The notes below the pieces were generated by a model that saw nothing but the letters and a program-made list of their open reading frames with translations, was not told the origin of the DNA and did not search any database. From contig OZ024741.1 in assembly GCA_964016885.1 (NCBI GenBank), positions 411,184,001-411,248,000 on the forward strand: a DNA stretch of 64,000 bases, given 5' to 3'. Source of the stretch: Eledone cirrhosa. Its lineage: Eukaryota. The translations under genes and the position numbers were made by a program. This document shows positions 57,001 through 64,000 of the stretch, in pieces. The stretch's first letter is position 1; each line of letters starts with the position of its first letter.

Positions 57001-60000
57001 TGTAGGAATAGAGAGGACAGCTTTATAACTGGGGTCATACGAGCTGTAGGAATAAAGAGGACAGCTTTATAACTGGGGTCATACTAGCTGTAGGAAGAAA
57101 GAGGACAGCTTTATAATTGGGGTCATACTAGCTGTAGGAATAAAGAGGACAGCTTTATAACTGGGGTCATACTAGTTGTAGGAATAAAGAGGACAGCTTT
57201 ATAACTGGGGTCATACTAGCTGTATGAATAAAGAGGACAGCTTTATAACTGGGGTCATACTAGTTGTAGGAATAAAGAACATTAGCTTTATACCTGAGGT
57301 CATACTAGCTGTAGGAATAAAGAGGACAGCTTTATAACTGTGGTCATACTAGCTGTAGGAATAAAGAGGACAGCTTTATAACTGGGGTCATACTAGGTGT
57401 AGGAATAAAGAGGGCAGCTTTATAACTGGGGTCATACTAGCTGTAGGAATAAAGACAGCTTTATAACTGGGGTCATAGTAGCTGTAGGAATAGAGAGGAC
57501 AGCTTTCTAACTGGGATCATACTAGTTGTAGGAATAAAGAGGACAGCTTTATAACTGGGGTCATACTAGCTGTAGGAATAAAGAGGACAGCTTTATAACT
57601 GAGGTCATACTAGCTGTAGGAATAAAGGACATTAGCTTTATACCTGGGGTCATGCTAGCTGTAGGAAGAGGACAGCTTTATAACTGGGGTCATACTAGCT
57701 GTAGGAATAAAGAGGACAGCTTTATAACTGGGGTCATACTAGTTGTAGGAATAAAGAGGACAGATTTATAACTGGGGTCATACTAGCTGTAGGAATAAAG
57801 AGGACAGCTTTCTAACTGGGCTCATACTAGGTGTAGGAATAAAGAGGACAGCTTTATAACTGGGGTCATACTAGCTGTAAGAATAAAGAGGACAGCTTTA
57901 TAACTGGGGTCATACTAGTTGTAGAAATAAAGAGGACAGCTTTATAACTGGGGTCATACTAGATGTAGGTATAAAGAGGACAGCTTTATAAATGGGGTCA
58001 TACTAGGTGTAGGAATAAAGAGGACAGCTTTATAGCTGGGGTCATAGTAGCTGTAGGAATAAAGAGGACAGCTTTATAACTGGGGTCATAGTAGCTGTAA
58101 GAATAAAGAGGACAGCTTTATAACTGGGGTCATAGTAGCTGTAGGAATAAAGAGGACAGCTTTATAACTGGGGTCGTACTAGTGTAGGAATATAAAGGAC
58201 AGCTTTATAACTGGGGTCATACTAGCTGTAAGAATAAAGAGGACAGCTTTATAACTGCGGTCATACTAGTTGTAGGAATAAAGAGGACAGCTTTATAACT
58301 GGGGTCATACTAGTTGTAGGAATAAAGAGGACAGCTTTATAACTGGGGTCATACTAGTTGTAGGAATAAAGAGGACAGCTTTATAACTGGGGTCATACTA
58401 GCTGTAGGAATAAAGAGGACAGCTTTATAACTGGGGTCATAGTAGCTGTAGGAATAAAGAGGACAGATTTATAACTGGGGTCATACTAGTGTAGGAATAG
58501 AGAGGACAGCTTTATAACTGGGGTCATAGTAGCTGTAGGAATAAAGAGGACAGCTTTATAACTGGGGTCATACTAGCTGTAGGAATAAAGAGGACAGCTT
58601 TATAACTGGTGTCATACTAGCTGTAGGAATAAAGAGGACAGCATTATAACTGGGGTCATACTAGTGTAGGAATAGAGAGGACAGCTTTATAACTGGGGTC
58701 ATACGAGCTGTAGGAATAAAGAGGACAGCTTTATAACTGGGGTCATACTAGCTGTAGGAAGAAAGAGGACAGCTTTATAATTGGGGTCATACTAGCTGTA
58801 GGAATAAAGAGGACAGCTTTATAACTGGGGTCATACTAGTTGTAGGAATAAAGAGGACAGCTTTATAACTGGGGTCATACTAGCTGTATGAATAAAGAGG
58901 ACAGCTTTATAACTGGGGTCATACTAGTTGTAGGAATAAAGAACATTAGCTTTATACCTGAGGTCATACTAGCTGTAGGAATAAAGAGGACAGCTTTATA
59001 ACTGTGGTCATACTAGCTGTAGGAATAAAGAGGACAGCTTTATAACTGGGGTCATACTAGGTGTAGGAATAAAGAGGGCAGCTTTATAACTGGGGTCATA
59101 CTAGCTGTAGGAATAAAGACAGCTTTATAACTGGGGTCATAGTAGCTGTAGGAATAGAGAGGACAGCTTTCTAACTGGGATCATACTAGTTGTAGGAATA
59201 AAGAGGACAGCTTTATAACTGGGGTCATACTAGCTGTAGGAATAAAGAGGACAGCTTTATAACTGAGGTCATACTAGCTGTAGGAATAAAGGACATTAGC
59301 TTTATACCTGGGGTCATGCTAGCTGTAGGAAGAGGACAGCTTTATAACTGGGGTCATACTAGCTGTAGGAATAAAGAGGACAGCTTTATAACTGGGGTCA
59401 TACTAGTTGTAGGAATAAAGAGGACAGATTTATAACTGGGGTCATACTAGCTGTAGGAATAAAGAGGACAGCTTTCTAACTGGGCTCATACTAGGTGTAG
59501 GAATAAAGAGGACAGCTTTATAACTGGGGTAATACTAGCTGTAGGAATAAAGAGGACAGCTTTATAACTGGGGTCATACTAGTTGTAGGAATAAAGGACA
59601 TTAGCTTTATACCTGAGGTCATACTAGCTATAGGAATAAAGAGGACAGCTTTATAACTGTGGTCATACTAGCTGTAGGAATAAAGAGGACAGCTTTCTAA
59701 CTGGGGTCATACTAGTTGTAGGAATAAAGAGGACAGCTTTATAACTGGGGTCATACTAGCTGTAGGAATAAAGAGGACAGCTTTATAACTGGGCTCATAC
59801 TAGGTGTAGGAATAAAGAGGACAGCTTTATAACTGGGGTCATACTAGCTGTAGGAATAAAGAGGACAGCTTTATAACTGGGGTCATACTAGATGTAGGAA
59901 TAAAGAGGACAGCTTTATAACTGGGGTCATACTAGCTGTAGGAATAAAGAGGACAGCTTTCTAACTGGGGTCATACTAGGTGTAGCAATAAAGAGGACAG

Positions 60001-63000
60001 CTTTATAACTGGGGTCATACTAGCTGTAGGAATAAAGAGGACAGCTTTATAACTGGGGTCATACTAGTTGTAGGAATAAAGAGGACAGCTTTAAAACTGG
60101 GGTCATACCAGCTGTAGGAATAAAGAGGACAGCTTTCTAACTGGGGTCATACTAGGTGTAGGAATAAAGAGGACAGCTTTATAACTGGGGTCATGCTAGC
60201 TGTAGGAATAAAGAGGACAGCTTTATAACTGGGGTCATACTAGTTGTAGGAATAAAGGACATTAGCTTTATACCTGAGGTCATACTAGCTGTAGGAATAA
60301 AGAGGACAGCTTTATAACTGTGGTCATACTAGCTGTAGGAATAAAGAGGACAGCTTTATAACTGGGGTCATACTAGGTGTAGGAATAAAGAGGGCAGCTT
60401 TATAACTGGGGTCATACTAGCTGTAGGAATAAAGACAGCTTTATAACTGGGGTCATAGTAGCTGTAGGCATAGAGAGGACAGCTTTCTAACTGGGATCAT
60501 ACTAGTTGTAGGAATAAAGAGGACAGCTTTATAACTGGGGTCATACTAGCTGTAGGAATAAAGAGGACAGCTTTATAACTGAGGTCATACTAGCTGTAGG
60601 AATAAAGGACATTAGCTTTATACCTGGGGTCATGCTAGCTGTAGGAAGAGGACAGCTTTATAACTGGGGTCATACTAGCTGTAGGAATAAAGAGGACAGC
60701 TTTCTAACTGGGGTCATACTAGGTGTAGGAATAAAGAGGACAGCTTTATAACTGGGGTCATACTAGCTGTATGAATAAAGAGGACAGCTTTATAACTGGG
60801 GTCATACTAGTTGTAGGAATAAAGAGGACAGATTTATACCTGGGGTCATACTAGCTGTTGGAATAAAGAGGACAGCTTTCTAACTGGGCTCATACTAGGT
60901 GTAGGAATAAAGAGGACAGCTTTATAACTGGGGTCATACTAGCTGTAGGAATAAAGAGGACAGCTTTATAACTGGGGTCATACTAGTTGTAGGAATAAAG
61001 GACATTAGCTTTATACCTGAGGTCATACTAGCTATAGGAATAAAGAGGACAGCTTTATAACTGTGGTCATACTAGCTGTAGGAATAAAGAGGACAGCTTT
61101 CTAACTGGGGTCATACTAGTTGTAGGAATAAAGAGGACAGCTTTATAACTGGGGTCATACTAGCTGTAGGAATAAAGGACAGCTTTATAACTGGGCTCAT
61201 ACTAGGTGTAGGAATAAAGAGGACAGCTTTATAACTGGGGTCATACTAGCTGTAGGAATAAAGAGGACAGCTTTATAACTGGGGTCATACTAGATGTAGG
61301 AATAAAGAGGACAGCTTTATAACTGGGGTCATACTAGATGTAGGAATAAAGAGGACAGCTTTATAACTGGGGTCATACTAGCTGTAGGAATAAAGAGGAC
61401 AGCTTTCTAACTGGGGTCATACTAGGTGTAGGAATAAAGAGGACAGCTTTATAACTGGGGTCATACTAGCTGTAGGAATAAAGAGGACAGCTTTATAACT
61501 GGGGTCATACTAGTTGTAGCAATAAAGAGGACAGCTTTAAAACTGGGGTCATACTAGCTGTAGGAATAAAGAGGACAGCTTTCTAACTGGGGTCATACTA
61601 GGTGTAGGAATAAAGAGGACAGCTTTATAACTGGGGTCATGCTAGCTGTAGGAATAAAGAGGACAGCTTTATAACTGGGGTCATACTAGTTGTAGGAATA
61701 AAGGACATTAGCTTTATACCTGAGGTCATACTAGCTGTAGGAATAAAGAGGACAGCTTTATAACTGTGGTCATACTAGCTGTAGGAATAAAGAGGACAGC
61801 TTTATAACTGGGGTCATACTAGCTGTAGGAATAAAGAGGACAGCTTTATAACTGGAATCATACTAGTTGTAGGAATAAAGAGGACAGCTTTATAACTGGG
61901 GTCATACTAGCTGTAAGAATAAAGAGGACAGCTTTATAACTGGGGTCATGCTAGATGTAGGAATAGAGAGGACAGCTTTATAACTGGGGTCATACTAGCT
62001 GTAAGAATAAAGAGGACAGCTTTATAACTGGGGTCATACTAGCTGTAAGAATAAAGAGGACAGCTTTATAACTGAAGTCATACTAGCTGTAAGAATAAAG
62101 AGGACAGCTTTATAACTGGGGTCATACTAGCTGTAGGAATAAAGAGGACAGCTTTATAACTGGGGTCATACGAGCTGAAGGAATAGAGAGGACAGCTTTA
62201 TAACTGGGGTCATACTAGTTGTAGGAATAAAGAGGACAGCTTTATAACTGGGGTCATACTAGTTGTAGGAATAAAGAGGACAGCTTTATAACTGGGGTCA
62301 TACTAGTTGTAGGAATTAAGAGGACAGCTTTATAACTGGGGTCATACTAGCTGTAGGAATAAAGAGGACAGCTTTATTACTGGGGTCATACTAGCTGTAA
62401 GAATAAAGAGGACAGCTTTATAACTGGGGTCATACTAGTTGTAGAAATAAAGAGGACAGCTTTATAACTGGAGTCATACTAGATGTAGGTATAAAGAGGA
62501 CAGCTTTATAACTGGGGTCATACTAGTTGTAGGAATAAAGGGGACAGCTTTATAACTGGGGTCATACTAGTTGTAGGAATAAAGAGGACAGCTTTATAAC
62601 TGGGGTCATACTAGGTGTAGGAATAAAGAGGACAGCTTTATAACTGGGGTCATACTAGCTGTAGCAATAAAGAGGACAGCTTTATAACTGGGGTCATACT
62701 AGCTGTAGTAATAAAGAGGACAGCTTTATAACTGGGGTCATACTAGCTGTAGGAATAAAGAGGACAGCTTTATAACTGGGGTCATACTAGCTGTAGGAAG
62801 AGGACAGCTTTATAACTGGGGTCATACTAGCTGTAGGAATAAAGAGGACAGCTTTATAACTGTGGTCATACTAGCTGTAGGAATAAAGAGGACAGCTTTA
62901 TAACTGGGGTCATACTAGCTGTAGGAATAAAGAGGACAGCTTTATAACTGGGGTCATACTAGCTGTAGGAATAAAGAAGACATCTTTATAACTGGGGTCA

Positions 63001-64000
63001 TAGTAGCTGTAGGAATAAAGAAGAAAGCTTTATAACTGGGGTCATACTAGCTGTAGGAATAAAGAGGACAGCTTTATAACTGGTGTCATACTAGCTGTAG
63101 GAATAAAGAGGACAGCTTTATAACTGGGGTCATACTAGCTGTAGGAAGAGGACAGCTTTATAACTGGGGTCATACTAGCTGTAGGAATAAAGAGGACAGC
63201 TTTATAACTGTGGTCATACTAGCTGTAGGAATAAAGAGGACAGCTTTATAACTGGGGTCATACTAGCTGTAGGAATAAAGAGGACAGCTTTATAACTGGG
63301 GTCATACTAGCTGTAGGAATAAAGAAGACAGCTTTATAACTGGGGTCATAGTAGCTGTAGGAATAAAGAAGAAAGCTTTATAACTGGGGTCATACTAGCT
63401 GTAGGAATAAAGAGGACAGCTTTATAACTGGTGTCATACTAGCTGTAGGAATAAAGAGGACAGCATTATAACTGGGGTCATACTAGTGTAGGAATAGAGA
63501 GGACAGCTTTATAACTGGGGTCATACGAGCTGTAGGAATAAAGAGGACAGCTTTATAACTGGGGTCATACTAGCTGTAGGAAGAAAGAGGACAGCTTTAT
63601 AACTGGGGTCATACTAGCTGTAGGAATAAAGAGGACAGCTTTCTAACTGGGGTCATACTAGGTGTAGGAATAAAGAGGACAGCTTTATAACTGGGGTCAT
63701 GCTAGCTGTAGGAATAAAGAGGACAGCTTTATAACTGGGGTCATACTAGTTGTAGGAATAAAGGACATTAGCTTTATACCTGAGGTCATACTAGCTGTAG
63801 GAATAAAGAGGACAGCTTTATAACTGTGGTCATACTAGCTGTAGGAATAAAGAGGACAGCTTTATAACTGGGGTCATACTAGCTGTAGGAATAAAGAGGA
63901 CAGCTTTATAACTGGAATCATACTAGTTGTAGGAATAAAGAGGACAGCTTTATAACTGGGGTCATACTAGCTGTAAGAATAAAGAGGACAGCTTTATAAC
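27052..64000. repeat. Satellite 2: at least 37-kb intronic tandem array of a 44-bp monomer TTTATAACTGGGGTCATACTAGCTGTAGGAATAAAGAGGACAGC (45-bp minority variant ...AATAAAGGACATTAGC), about 840 copies, running off the window end
   Basis: Directly visible. The first 22 bp overlap the CDC23 exon. Contains kb-scale higher-order duplications. Confidence 0.98.
27074..27096 (-). promoter_or_regulatory. 3' splice acceptor with branch point and polypyrimidine tract (also part of the first satellite 2 monomer)
   Basis: Minus strand GCTAATGTCCTTTATTCCTACAG|CTAGT: CTAAT branch motif at 27095-27091, pyrimidine tract, CAG at 27076-27074. Confidence 0.82.

Noticed and set aside
27052-64000. Satellite 2 as a CRISPR array or a long repetitive coding region
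   Set aside because: Head-to-tail monomers with no spacers. The 44-bp period shifts frame and introduces stops, and the ORF track shows no long ORF.

Overview
AT-rich animal genomic DNA; two interspersed repeats resemble octopus families as I recall them, so the taxon is an inference. About 93% of the window is two unrelated tandem arrays. Satellite 1 (3551-25935) has a 16-bp core ATATCTAYAGTGATAT plus (AAT)n or (AAC)n in alternating domains. Satellite 2 (27052 to the window end) has a 44/45-bp monomer, about 840 copies. Between them lies a 109-bp minus-strand exon (27073->26965) encoding xSMTSVINDDLARVKILKTELSKKHQKKELDGFCLYL, which I recognise as CDC23/APC8 of the anaphase-promoting complex. 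Main observation: satellite 2 is a tandem amplification of this exon's own 3' splice site (branch point CTAAT, pyrimidine tract, CAG and the first 22 exon bases). The upstream intron therefore carries hundreds of decoy acceptors. Most copies have lost the branch point, and the most variable base in the monomer is the G of the AG. The first 3.5 kb holds transposon debris: a Tigger-like end, a basic-repeat ORF, a CR1 LINE 3' end, a tRNA-derived SINE, and a long-TIR element with a nested MITE. No CRISPR, rRNA or tRNA genes.
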